Source: Octopus sinensis
Lineage: Eukaryota
Assembly (NCBI RefSeq): GCF_006345805.1
Contig: NC_043004.1
Coordinates: 12,896,001-12,960,000 of the forward strand
Length of the DNA: 64,000 nucleotides
Direction: 5' to 3'
The first letter of the stretch is position 1; each line of letters opens with the position of its first letter. Both the position numbers and the translations under genes were made by a program. This document shows positions 1 to 13,092 of the stretch, piece by piece. The notes under the pieces were generated by a model. It made no database searches. It worked only from the letters and a program-made list of their open reading frames with translations, and was not told where the DNA came from.

Positions 1-25
1 TATATATAGATATATATATATATAT

Positions 26-62
<37 letters not shown>
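1..62. repeat. (TA)n/(TG)n compound microsatellite, representative of dozens of such tracts across the window
   Basis: Direct reading of the sequence. Confidence 0.95.
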
Positions 63-64
<2 letters not shown>

Positions 65-510
65 CTGCGTGATTGAGGAAAAGAAAAAGAAGTCTTCATT
101 GACTTTAAATGCTTCCAGCATTTGTTGAACACCTTTCTCTCTATTAAATCGCCTGTCAGCTGTGGAGGCTCTAATTTTGCACATAATAGTTATGGGTAAA
201 AGAAAATACAGGAGGATCAGTTAACATTTCCCCAACATACTTAGACGCTCAGAGTCACAAACTTATTACAGAGGGTCCTTCTGTTTTTCTAAGCCCTGTA
301 AAAGAACTCGGAAGGTTGGGCCTCCAAAAGCCAGGAAATTTCCAGCAGCCCTCGTACTTTCCGATAAACAAAATCTTCTACCCTCTTCTGTAATTCATTG
401 CGAACAAAGTCCTGTCATGCAGCAAGCTCACGGATTGGGACTCGTCCACTCGCCTTCGATTCGTGACAGCGGGTCTCCCAACGCGTGGATTCATTTCAAA
501 AATTAATTCC

Positions 511-715
511 CTTTACTCTTTTACTTGTATCAGTCATTTGACTGCGGCCATGCTGGACCACCGTCTTTAGTCGAGCAAATCGACCCCAGGACTTGTTCTT
601 TGTAAACCTAGTACTTATTCTATAGGGCATTTTTTCCGAACCGCTAACTTACGGGGACGTAAACATACCGGCATCGGTTGTTAAGCGATGTTGGGGGGAC
701 AAACACAGACACACA

Positions 716-791
<76 letters not shown>

Positions 792-966
792 ATATATATT
801 ATACATATATATACATATATACGACAGGTTTCTTTCAGTTTCCGTCTACTAAATCCACTCACAAGGCTTTGGTCAGCCTGAAGACATTTGCCCAAATTGC
901 CACGCAGTGGGACTGAATCCGAATCCATGTGGTTGGTAAGCAAGCTTCTTACCACACAGCCACTCC
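511..966 (-). mobile_element. tRNA-derived SINE, family A (head + internal TA/TG microsatellite + LINE-like tail), full length
   Basis: Minus strand reads GGAGTGGCTGTGTGGTAAG (A-box-like) ... GGATTCAGTCCC (B-box-like), then a microsatellite, then a tail ending CCAGCATGGCCGCAGTCAAATGACTGATAC. The same layout recurs about 12 times in the window. Confidence 0.85.
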
Positions 967-1754
967 TTTATTCAAAAGTTTTAATCCATATATGTACATT
1001 GCTCCATTCGATTCACGTAAGCAACTTGTAGCCTTCAGTGAATGAGGGACAACCCGCTAACCTTCATCGTGAAGAACCACGAAGCATCACGTTTCTTTTG
1101 CCTGAAACTCATTGTTTTCTGCAAGATGACGAGGAAGAAGAGTTATGATGAAGAATTATTCTAGCAGCATAAGGAATTTGAAAGATCTGTGGCACCAAAA
1201 AAAAAAAAAAGAAAGAAAATATGTTTTCTTTTCCATTATGCATAAAGCGATCCTCGCGTGTATTTGTGTGTATGTATGCATGTGTGTAAATATATATACG
1301 AACGTATGTATGTATGTATGTATGTTCAAATATCCTTATCGAACTGGCAGTGATAGTTAATCCTTGTCAGTTTACGAATATCCAAGAGGAAAACTTGGTG
1401 GCTGTGTATGTTTTTGTTTGTTTGTTTGTGTGTATGTGTGTGTGTACACTTATCTATGTCTACATTTTTTTGTTTTATAAGCTAGATTCCACAGTTTTAC
1501 ATTTCCATAGTCAGTATGATTAAAACACAAGATGTCATTTTATCTTGAATATATTTTGTCGATTTATTTTACGTTTTTGAAGTTAGGAAATATAGACTTC
1601 ATGAAGAAAATAAAAATCTGATATAAATCAAAGAGATTATCTCGCCCGTAAGGAGTTTCATAGTTTACAAGAAACGATTTGAGTAAAACTAATGAAAGAG
1701 TGAATGGATAAACGAAATTCATTTGATGAACCGGTCAGCGGAACAAATAGTTTG

Positions 1755-1854
1755 NNNNNNNNNNNNNNNNNNNNNNNNNNNNNNNNNNNNNNNNNNNNNN
1801 NNNNNNNNNNNNNNNNNNNNNNNNNNNNNNNNNNNNNNNNNNNNNNNNNNNNNN
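1755..1854. other. Assembly gap (100 N)
   Basis: Run of N bases. Confidence 1.
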
Positions 1855-1882
1855 GTTATACATACATACACACACACGCATA

Positions 1883-1943
<61 letters not shown>

Positions 1944-2163
1944 CACAATCAGAACGACACCAAACAGCTTAAAAGTGGAATTTAGAATTTCCCGGTTTTC
2001 TGTGAATCGATTTTGATTAAAACTTTTCGCAGCTGGTTTGCATACTATGGCAACATAATTGTTATGTTTTCGTCATTTCTCTGTAACGTCCATTTTTTTA
2101 AAATTTCAAATTCTTCAGTTTTGGGGTGAACCACGCTAATAGCGCCCCTCCTCTCTAACAACA

Positions 2164-2760
2164 ATGGGACGCGGAAAAGGCCTTAACGGGGAAGAAGAGT
2201 CTGTCATCATCAATGATGATGTCATTGCGGAGAAGTTAGGTAATTATCTGGAAACGGTTAGACGATTCATTCACTAAGGAAGAACTGATCCTAGTGTTGG
2301 GTCTCAAAGACTGTGACAGCTAAGGATTTAAAGAATATTGGCCACAAGTTACGTAGGAAACTTGGGCAAATAGGCAAAGCCATTTTCACCGCCTTCAGAC
2401 ATCCATATGTATCGAAAACCACCAGAATTCGCATCCTTGGAACCGTGCCTTCCGTACGATAACCCCTGAAAGTGCCTCCTTTTACGCCCCATCACAGGCG
2501 CTTGAGGTTTCAATGGGCACCAATGGGCACATGACGTTAGAGATGTGTTGTGTTCTGTTCACGGACGAAACCTTGACGGACCTGACAATTGGGCAGGTGG
2601 TTGGGTCTATTTTGGAGATGAGCACCACCAACGTTTGCGACATCAGCAACAGGGTGGAGGAGTCATGTTGTGGGCTGATATCATTGGGGACAGATTTGTT
2701 GGCCTAGTCAGGTTGCCTGAAGGGGTTAAAGTGATCGCAGCCGCCTACTGCAACGAGATC
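2164..2760 (+). mobile_element. Degenerate Tc1/Tc3-like transposase fragment, 3'-truncated by a SINE
   Basis: Frameshifted VLFTDE / LDGPDNW and QQQGGGVMLWADIIG, resembling the Tc3-type FSDEKKFNLDGPDG ... GGGTVMVW motifs. N-terminus MGRGKGL. Stops and frameshifts present. Confidence 0.75.
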
Positions 2761-2891
2761 CACCAAATCTACTTTCAAGGCTTTGGTCGGACTGAGGCTA
2801 CAGTAGAAGGCATTTGTCCAAGGTGCCAGGCAGTGGGACTGAACCCGGAGCCATGTGGTAAGGAAGCAAGCTTCTTATCACACAGCCACTC

Positions 2892-2895
<4 letters not shown>
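2760..2895 (-). mobile_element. SINE family A, head only
   Basis: Matches the head of the 511-966 copy. Confidence 0.8.
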
Positions 2896-2934
<39 letters not shown>

Positions 2935-3743
2935 CATATATACAAATATATGTAAGTATCAGAAAGGAATCACTATAAAATCTCTTTCGGTCGTGTCTAA
3001 TTATTCGATTAAATAAAAGCAGAATCGATGTTATTTCCACAGTTTCGTGCCCTGGTTATATTCATTAAAAGATAATTGATCTAATTTGAAATTCTTGTCA
3101 TCCCATGCATTTTTGTCTTTCTAACTGAGAACTTAATTTCTCTTGCAGTTAATGACATTTTCGTCTTTGTTAATTGCTTTCTTATTTGCTCTCTCATTTC
3201 TTACTAGGGAGAAAAAAAGAGGGGAAAAAGTGGAAACAAACGGAGAGTTTCCAGAAAATTTTCTTATTGAAAAATTTAAGTTCTAATGGTGCAGAGAAGA
3301 TGGATCGCTTCATCGAAGGAGCTGTAATGTGCAGAGGTTATTAATATAAGTTACGTTTCCTTTTTATTTACAGCATTGGAATTAGCATAGTTACATTACA
3401 TACATACATACATACATGAATGCATACATACATACATATATGCATGCATGCATACATACATGCATACAAACATACATATCTATAGGTGCATATATACATA
3501 TATGAATGCATAAATCTAAACATATGTATATAGAAATGTATATATTTATGTATACATAAATATATAAATATATACATATATATATACTTATATATACATA
3601 TATACACATATATATATATATAAGTATATACATATCAATTTATAAGTGCATATATGAGACCAAGTGTGTGAGATAGAGAAATGGCTTTGCATTTACGTAA
3701 TACGTCGAGTATAGAGATTTAGATGCAAAACTAAAGCATTTCG

Positions 3744-3790
<47 letters not shown>

Positions 3791-4167
3791 TATATATAAA
3801 CATATGTATATGTATGTATGCATGGATGTGTATATATATATATATACATATATGCATGTGCATGTATATGTACACGTAATTTGTCATCAGCTGGCAGCAT
3901 GTTTAAAATAACCCCCGCCCAGAAAACAATATAAATACACGAACAACCCATTAAAATTAAAATGTTCTTTTTATTTATTTATTTGTTTATTTATTTATTC
4001 ACTTATTTGATTCATTTATTTAATTATACATATGTTTTTTATTGTGCTTCGTCACGTTTAATACCGCACTTTTTTCTAAATCATTTTTTTCATATATTTA
4101 TATAATTTATCATCTTATTCCCTGCATCTTCTTTTATATATATATATATATATAGATATATATATAC

Positions 4168-4201
<34 letters not shown>

Positions 4202-4560
4202 CTACGTTGCTCACAACATTTACTCTCTCAATCTGTTTTAATTTTTATTTCTAAATTCCATTCGTGTAGATGTGCACAGTATTTAAATTAAATTTAATCA
4301 TGAAGTTTTCAGTTGTTCTCCGTTTACATTTCAACTCTGACTTCTTTAATCCATAATATGTGCCTCTTCATTCTATGCGTCATTTAACTATTCTTGCATA
4401 ATAACATGGAGGCATACGTGAACACAAATCCCATGCACAATACACATACATATATACATAAATATACTTATATATATATGTACATATATATATATACATA
4501 TATATATATACATACATATATATATATATATACATACATATATATATATATGTATATATA

Positions 4561-4593
<33 letters not shown>

Positions 4594-4757
4594 CGTATGT
4601 ATGTGTATATACGTATGTATGCATGTTTGTATGTTCGTGTGTATGCATGTGCATATGTGTACATGCGCACACACACACATATAGGCACTCTTACGCACAC
4701 ATAAACGAACGCACGCACGCACACAAACCCATAGAAACACTCACACGCACACATGTA

Positions 4758-6031
4758 TCAGGCTGAGTGAAAGGTAAGCAACGTTTTGAAATAGTAAATT
4801 CATCATAATATATTTCATTAGTGCGGAAATTTTATTCATCAAAATAACTACCATTACATTCAAAATATTTTTGCCAACGATTTACAAATTTGTTTATTCC
4901 CGGTAACACAAAAATCTTGAGTTCTGGCGCTGATGAACTCTTTGAACGCACTTTCAGCATCAGTTTGATTTTTGAACTCATTCTATCGCAGGAAAACATC
5001 AAGGTACTTGAAAAAGTGGTAGTCTGTAGGAGAAAGGTCTGGGGAATAAACAGGGGAAGAATTTTGTAGCCAAGTTCCTTCAACTTATGGATTGTCATTA
5101 GTGAAACGTGTGGTTGAGCATTGTCATCAAGAATGATTGGCCTTTTTCTGTTGACCAGCCTGGGATGGAAGAGTAGTAGTTTCTCTGTCATTTTGGCAAT
5201 TCCATAGCAATATGTTTCTCCAGTGATGGTTTCTCCGGGTTTTAAGATATTATAGTTGATGAGTCCAGCGGTACATCACCAAGCAGTCACCATAATAACC
5301 TTCTTTTTTGAGGAGTTCGGCTTTAGAGATGGTTTTCATTTTGGTCCAACCACTGCGAAACACATTTTTTTATTATTGTATAGAATCCACTTTTCATCGC
5401 GAGTTACAATACGGTAGAGAAATGGACCGGTCTGGTTACGGAGAATAAGGCATGAGCAAATTTCACATTTGTGCATTATCTGAGTTTCATTCAAATCGTG
5501 TGGTACCCATTTGTTGAGCTTCTTTGATTTTACGATTGCATTCAAATGGTTGCAGGCAGTTTTCTGGCTAACTTGAAGTTCTTTTGGCAGTTCTCGAGGG
5601 ATTTTACATGTTTCTTTCTCAATGACGGTTTTTAATTGACCAACATCGATGACAGGTGAGCCTCTACTAGGCTCACGATCTTCAAGCATCAGGTCACCAC
5701 TACATAATCGTTTAAACCATTTTCGAGCCGACCACTCACGGATTATTGTCTCACCAAATGTTTCGTTGATATCGCGAGCAGTTTCAGTTACTTTACGTCC
5801 TTCTTTTGAAGTTGAATAGCAAAATTTCTCGAAAATCGCGCTTTGACAGTTCCTTTTCAGATGATTGTAACAACGGTGAAAAAATGTTAATTCATCGATG
5901 CATTTGGGCAAATCTGTGTCTGTATTATCAAACAATTGGCAAAAAATGTTTAAAAGACAATCAAAGCACTGCAAAAATCCGGTGCAAATTCTTCATAGTT
6001 CAAGATGTTGCTTACTTTTTACTGAGCCCGA
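4758..6031 (-). mobile_element. Full-length (1274 bp) mariner DNA transposon, inactive
   Basis: Imperfect ~33-bp TIRs (TCAGGCTGAGTGAAAGGTAAGCAACGTTTTGAA at 4758; reverse complement of the right end TCGGGCTCAGTAAAAAGTAAGCAACATCTTGAA), each flanked by TA. Transposase motifs WVPHDL, DEKW, DDNAQPH and out-of-frame YSPDLSPTDYHFF. Confidence 0.93.
4832..5900 (-). pseudogene. mariner (DD34D-type) transposase pseudogene
   Basis: ORF-track pieces 5336..5974 and 4832..5191 carry the HTH and catalytic motifs, separated by frameshifts and stops. Confidence 0.88.
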
Positions 6032-6114
6032 TATATATATAAATAAATAATAGTCTTTATACATTAATATGTGCTTTATAGGCTTACAGCTGTTTCAGAT
6101 ATTCGCTTTGCTAG

Positions 6115-6231
6115 TGTTCATGGTTCTATTATTGTGAACAGCCGTTGGAGTGCTATCGTCGTCAGAGTCCACAGGAAATGCAACAGGATTTGGAAGGATA
6201 CAAAAGAAGCCTGAATGTTTACAAAGCATGT
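6115..6231 (+). CDS. Candidate coding exon, unidentified: CSWFYYCEQPLECYRRQSPQEMQQDLEGYKRSLNVYKAC
   Basis: Acceptor ttcgctttgctAG, donor GTacgc, 117 nt open in phase 0, non-repetitive. No homology recognised. Confidence 0.25.
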
Positions 6232-6647
6232 GTACGCTATATAATAAGGTCGACATGTTTGCCAGAAAATATCGTGTCATAACGAATATATGACGGCCAT
6301 CATTAAGTAAAAGCGGCATGTTTGGAATTGAGGAAATAAACAAGCTGTTATTCATGAGTTAAATCAGATTATTAGTAAATAAACATGGGACGCACGGCGC
6401 TAATTAGAGCCTGTAACACGATCTGAGCAAGTTATTCCCTGCACATTTATCTACTTAGAAAGATGGAGCTTCTGAATTTCTGAAGTTTTTGATAAAGTCT
6501 AAATTTTCTAAAGAATGAAAAAGATTAAATCTTTGCTTTTGGCTTCCATTTCCTGCACTCGTTTCCCCTCATACGCTTTGTTGTAGTTTTCTAAATCACG
6601 CACACACTCACACACTTACACACGCACGCACACAAACACATACATAT

Positions 6648-6685
<38 letters not shown>

Positions 6686-6739
6686 CACACACACACACAC
6701 ACACACACACAACACACACACACACACACACACACACAC

Positions 6740-6822
<83 letters not shown>

Positions 6823-7116
6823 ATACATATATATATAACATATGTCTAGGGAAATAGCTGCATACGCAATAATATTATAACAGAATTCCCAGAATACCCG
6901 GCAAAGCGTGGGGGTTAACGCGTTCAGGTTTTGGCTTAATTACCTTCAATACTGGAATTTGCATAAAGGTAAATTTGCATAAATTATTATTCCAAATACA
7001 TTGCTTATATTATTCATAACCAGTAAACAATGCATTTTACTTCTTAAAATTGTACTTACTTTCAATAACTTACGATAAGTGGAAACTCAACAAAAATACA
7101 TACATACATACATACA

Positions 7117-7150
<34 letters not shown>

Positions 7151-7349
7151 AAGAGATAGACAATCACCATATGTATATATATGGCCTGCAATTTTGATGG
7201 GAGAGGAAGATAATTACTTCGGGCCAAGTTTTCAACGGGAACTTATTTTATCGACGTCGAAAGGTAATATCTACCTCGGCAGCATTTGAACTCAGAACGT
7301 AATGTTGTTTGTGCGATGTATTAGTTATATTGTGGCTGACATTAGTTAT

Positions 7350-7560
7350 TCCGTGAAGGCGGTGAGCCGACTGAATCGTTAGAACACAGGACAAAATATT
7401 TAGCAGTATTTCGTCCATCTGAGTTCAAATTCCGCTGAGGTCGATTCTGCCTTTTGTTCTTTCGGGGTCGTTTTACTTGGTACAAGTGGAACACAGGGCC
7501 GATATAATCGACTAGTCCCCTCCCCCATAATTTCAGTAATCGTGCTTTAATAGAAAGGAT
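7350..7560 (+). mobile_element. SINE family B, degenerate
   Basis: GGCGGTGAGC..GAATCGTTAG ... GAGTTCAAATTCCGC.GAGGTCGA ... GGGGTCG core. Confidence 0.7.
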
Positions 7561-8021
7561 AATTTGTTCCGTGCCTTGTTATTGCAGTCGATTGGGGGTG
7601 ATGCAGCTGGTAGTATCTTAAAACTTAATCCTTTGGTTCTGTTGATTAGGAATTTTATTTCTCTTTGTGATCCCGGGTCTATTTTTGTTCACAAGTTGTG
7701 TTGGGGTGTAGCTTGAACATATATCGGTAACAATATACCCAGACATCTGCCAAGTGGCTTTGATGACTTAAATAGAGTGTATGGGAAAGACCAATCGGCA
7801 AGCAATAGGTCATATGTGATTGTTACTGCGATCATTTTCGACTGATCCCTATTGCCAAGTGGGTGTGCTGGGGTGTGTGAGAAAGATTTTGACTTGGAAT
7901 ACGAGAAAGAAAGTTTACTGATGGTTATAGAGATTTTAAAGGGAATCTTTTATAAAACCGAGTTCACTAATGTTACATACACACACCCCTCACTCACTTT
8001 CCATTTCTCTCTCTCTCCCTG

Positions 8022-8088
<67 letters not shown>

Positions 8089-8192
8089 GAGAAAACTCGA
8101 AAACTAGAAACTAGTTGATAAACCAATTACGCTACCACGCACACATATGCGTAAACATATACACAAGGTATACATATATATATATGTGTGTG

Positions 8193-8235
<43 letters not shown>

Positions 8236-8245
8236 TATATATAAT

Positions 8246-8277
<32 letters not shown>

Positions 8278-8279
<2 letters not shown>

Positions 8280-9900
8280 GCGAACATGTTTCTAGATTAG
8301 AAGTAAGAAAATACTTTCACCTACCTCCACCTTTGACCAGGTGACATCAAAATAGCGGGAGAAAGTGAGTATAGGCTAAACCTATGTAGACGATTGAATC
8401 CGTAAATTTTCCCTCCAAAACTTTGCCATGCGCATTACAAGAATAGTTCCTTAAGGGTAGAAACTATGGGTCGTCGTAAGGGAGTGAAAATTCCAATTAG
8501 TAACATAATAATAAGGGTAAATAATTTCTTCGATGGTTTTTCAGACAACCAACAATTATCTACCGGTAGATTTCGGTATATAAATATGACCATTAGCGGC
8601 GGGAACTTCTGTGAAGTTCAGTATATATTGTATATAAGTAGAAGGGAAGGAAACAGGTTGCTTTGCCGCATACTTAAAGAATTAGAAATAGCAGTCAGAG
8701 ACTGTTTATTTCTATTTTCTACAAGTGGAGCTCCACATACGACATAACCCTGCAATTCACATATGCAAAATAGGAGGAATAAATAACGAAAACAATGCCT
8801 TACAGTTAATAGCGAACATGTTTCTAGATTAGGCGTAAGAAAATACTTCATGTCTTTCATCAGCGCCATCTTCGATAGATTTATCAAATGCCACCTACCT
8901 CCACCATTGACCAGGTGACATCAAAATAGTGGGAGAAAGTGAGCAAAGGCTAAACCTATGTCGACGATTGAATCCGTAAATTTTCCATACAGACTTACAC
9001 ATAAGCCCTAACAAACGCAACACAGACACACATGCACACGTATTACACGCATACATGCACACACATACGCACACATGCACATCACACCGACGAACGTAAC
9101 GCACACATACACACAGGAAATTAGACGAAAAGAGACCAAGAATCTTGCAAAATAAAATCCCCTCAAAAACGTGATCACACCATATGAGGAATTAAGCCTC
9201 GTAGAGAACATCCAACAAGTGTACAACCGCGTAAACCGAGCAGCAGATGGAAATGGATGATACAACAACGACAACCGCAAAAACACGAGAGAAACAAAGG
9301 CAGATACCCAAACAACATCAACAGAATTGTGATGTCGGACTGCGATCTACCGGAGAACTACAACACCATCACAAATGTGAACAATCACACACTCGGAGTG
9401 TATGGTGCGATACAACTGGATAAAAACGAAACGTGTACCTTAGGATTACCACCAACGTATGCTGCGTATAACAAGGTCAGAAAGATCAATTGTCTGTCCG
9501 AGATTGACAGAAACATTCAATAAGATTAGATGGAGGTTAGGACATTACACGACAGTAACAACACAAATGTAAGATGCGACCACGACAGTAGCACAGATAG
9601 ATATCAATTTATTCAACATTTATCAAACAAAGAAGATGGTTTAACTGTCTTTGATAGACGCGTTGTATGGATGAACGTGTTAGTTGCGAAGAAGACAGGG
9701 AGAAACCAAAACCGCTGTCCTATGAATATGAAAAATGACAGAAGTCAGTATTTAAAAAACACACATACACACATACGGATGCACACACATACAGATATAC
9801 AAAAACTCACATAGGAATCAAAGATCTCGGACAAACCCCAACGCTCGAACATAAGATCAAAAGAAATGCAAGAAGAGAGACCTATCCCCGAGAAGATTGC
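8278..9900 (+). mobile_element. Degenerate Penelope-like relic in partial-tandem arrangement (repeat - thumb/linker fragment - repeat - N-terminal fragment)
   Basis: Direct repeat 8278-8412 / 8809-8987. Broken frame KYDH*RRELL resembles the PLE thumb (SGYSHKER in the 23 kb element). VYGAIQLDKNETCTLGLPPTYAAY followed by frameshifted KIRW resembles a PLE N-terminal region. Confidence 0.45.
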
Positions 9901-10310
9901 AAAAATACGATGAAATAATTCATTGACAAAAAGAAAAAAATGTCAAGATGAACAATACCGAAGATTTGAACTATCGATTAACTGTTTGATCAAAATGTTT
10001 AACATACAAATTAGAAAAACTAGTAAAAGAAAACGGCTGATCGATAAATTTGTTAGTGGTGTAATTAACCCTTTAACTGACAATGGGAATAAAGGACCGA
10101 ACCAGTGCCTCTGTTTATTATTACCGGCATAATGACCCTCCCAATGTTCAATAATATATATATATATAATATATTTAAGCAGCAGTAAGCAAATATGTAC
10201 TAACATGGAGATCTATAACCGTCATTGAATATGACTGAGGATGTTATAAGCACCTACATGGCTAGAAATATGAGCTAAACGCACATTTTTGTATACATAC
10301 ATGTTGACAG

Positions 10311-10361
10311 GAATCGTATTTAGCCCGAAATGCAGCGTTCGAGATATTTTCTGACCGATTG
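10311..10361 (+). CDS. Candidate 51-nt coding exon: ESYLARNAAFEIFSDRL
   Basis: Acceptor atgttgacAG, donor GTcagt, phase 0-0. No homology recognised. Confidence 0.2.
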
Positions 10362-10507
10362 GTCAGTCCCGGCTTTAGCCGTAGCCTTCTCTTCTGTGGG
10401 ATCGACCCGACAGGGTTTTGAATGCATCATTACAGCATTTAGCTTTATTTCTAGCAATGTAGGTTTTTATAACAACGCCAGTCATATTTTAATGACGGTT
10501 ATATATT

Positions 10508-10540
<33 letters not shown>

Positions 10541-10844
10541 ACATACATACATACATACATACGTACATACATAATACATACATACATATATATATATGTA
10601 TATACATACATAAATACATACATACATATATACATCACCACACCACATCACACCATCACACCACAACACAGCACACAGTACACCACACATCACCATACCA
10701 CATCGTACCACTCTGCTCACACTAGCACTGAACACTTCCCAGCATCACATACACCTACACATGCACACACCCACACGTCAATGTCACCAGCCCCAATCTA
10801 CACGCACACACTTAAATGCTCTCACATGCAAACGCACGCGCACT

Positions 10845-11100
10845 TTCGTTGTGGGATCACCATTTTCCCCTACCTCTTCTGTCTGATCTTCTCCCTCCAG
10901 TCATCGCCATGATCAACTACTAGCCACTGAAGTCTTTTTTTATTCTCTCCCTCTGTTTACTTTCTCGTGTTCCTTTCTGTTAAAGAGCGTGGACTTGAAA
11001 CGTAAAAGACTTTCTCACCTTCCCGAGCGTTAAACTAACAAACCTATTTCTTCTTCTTTATACACCCCTGTTTGTCTTTTGCTTTTTTGTAAATTCCAAT
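10845..11100 (+). repeat. Dispersed PLE pseudo-LTR-like repeat with degenerate hammerhead-like motif (10973-11008)
   Basis: Homologous to 42615-42870. Motif cttt-CTGTTAA-a-gagc-gtgg-actt-GAAA-CG-TA-aaag. Confidence 0.55.
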
Positions 11101-11213
11101 TATATATATATATATAATATGCTTGTATGCATGTATAGGTATGTATATATAATATGTATATCCATATATATATATATATATGTATATATTTATATATGTA
11201 TGTATATCTATGC

Positions 11214-11250
<37 letters not shown>

Positions 11251-12169
11251 ATGTATATATACACATACGAGCGTTCTTATGACGTTAACACACACACACA
11301 CATATGTGTGTCTGTGTGTGTGTATGTGCGTGTGTTTGTGTATACGTATGTATTATGTAATAATAGTTTTTAGAAAGATTACCGAACGTATTAGACAGTC
11401 AGTAAACTGCAGCTCCGTCTGCAGAGTTACGTAGTCCAGACGTAGGAATTCGGCTTGATGAGCGATCAGCAATAAACGGGTATGTCAGGGAAGGAGAGGA
11501 AGCTGCAACAGCTGTAAAGAATGTATTTATATGAAAATTTGTATTTACACTTGACATAATGTAATCATGTCTTGACATATTAATTACATCCTGTAAATTG
11601 TATATGCATCTTTTCATACAAAATCATTCCTTACCTCTTTTATTGTTTGTCTGCCTTTGTACGTCTGTGTATACTTTCTGAGTGGGCGTGTGTTCGTATG
11701 TGTATGTGTGTGTGTGTGTGAGGGACAGTGTGTGTGCGTGTCTGCGTGTGTGTGTGTGTGTATGTGTATTCACTCACAATGCATTGGTAGACCTGAGGCT
11801 ATAGTATCACATACTTGTCCGTGTTATTATGCTAAGGAGTAGACCCCAAAATGCAGGACCGAGGAAAGAACTTGTTAACGAAGCAGCAAAGTTTGTCAAG
11901 TTTTATAAATGTTTTTTTTTTAATGTTCCACAAAGTCTTCTTGTTTTCTCAAAACGTGCCCAGTTTCTAAGAATGCCATCCTGCCATTTGCCATTCCAAG
12001 AGACTAAGTCTAACTTTCTCAACACTGTAGTTAACAATATTCACGCATAATTATCTTACTCCACATTTTCCCTATTCTCACGTTATATCATACACCTCAC
12101 ATGTACTAACGATAGCCATTTTGTTCCCACAACCTCTTGAATAAAGGGAGTTCAATACGTCTCTCGGCA

Positions 12170-12640
12170 GTAAGGATTTTCTTGCAAAATAAATATTTAT
12201 AAGATGGTATAAGACTACAAAAGAATATATTAGACTTTACAAGACTTTAAAAACCTTTATAAGAGGTGTTGAAAAATGTCGTCCTTCATTTTCAATACAT
12301 AAATTGAATCTTCTAGACATGTTTTCAAATACATCTTGGAGAGTCTGTTGCAGTATGGACCGTGTGAAGGTTATGATTGCGTCTTTTAGATCTTTAATAG
12401 TTTTCGGGCGATTATTGTACACTGATCCTTTACTTGCTCCCCACCCCACATAAAAGTCAGGCGATATTAAATTAGGGGATCTTGGTGGCCAATAATCCGT
12501 TCGAAATAATCAGTTCACCGAAAAATTCACAGCGGAGAGACATTTTGAACATCCTGTACAAGTGTCGCCGTAATAACGCAATTTTATACGAAGCGTACTC
12601 AGCAAGAATCCAACAAGTAGTTCGATTCTATGTTTTCTGT
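12170..12640 (-). mobile_element. mariner-like transposase C-terminal relic
   Basis: WPPRSPNL.SPDF followed by VYNNRPKTIKDLKDAI ... RRFNLCIENEGRHF, the typical C-terminus of mariner-related transposases. Confidence 0.8.
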
Positions 12641-12700
12641 TATCACTATTATTCAGTTGATGGTTGCATAAAAAAGAATACTTTTATGCGTGTATGCGCA

Positions 12701-13092
12701 AGAGTGGCTGTGTGGTAAGAAGCTTGCTTCCCAACTATTTGGTTCCGGGTTCAGTCCCACTGCGTGTCACCTTGGGTAGGTGTCTTCTACTATAGCCTCG
12801 GGCCGACCAACGCCTTGTGAGTAGATTTGGTAGACGATAACTGAAAGAAGCTCGTCATATATGTGCGTATGTGTGTATGTGTGGGTGTGTATTTATTTGT
12901 GTGTCTGTGTTTGTCCCTTCCACCATCGTTTGATAATCGTTGCTGGCGTGATTACGTCCCCGTAACTTAGCGGTTCGACAAAAGGAACAATAGAATAAGC
13001 ATTAGGCTTACAAGGAATAAGTCCTGGGGGTGATTTGTTCGTCTAAATGCGGTGCTCGAGCATGGCTGCAGTCAAATGACTGAAACAAATAT
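12701..13092 (+). mobile_element. SINE family A, full length
   Basis: Head, short microsatellite and tail ending GCAGTCAAATGACTGAAAC. Confidence 0.85.

Noticed and set aside
1145-1200. MADF-like fragment (...IRNLKDLWH)
   Set aside because: Too short and interrupted by stops.
6095-6355. Minus-strand 86-aa ORF or 123-nt exon (6088-6210)
   Set aside because: All three frames of the AG/GT-bounded segment contain stops.
8850-8950. Hammerhead in the 8.3/8.8-kb direct repeat
   Set aside because: The minus-strand CTGATGA lacks stem II/GAAA, and the plus-strand candidate has a broken core and stem.
13069-13086. SINE/LINE tail stem + GAAAC as a hammerhead half
   Set aside because: No upstream CUGANGA core in any copy; better explained as a LINE recognition stem-loop.
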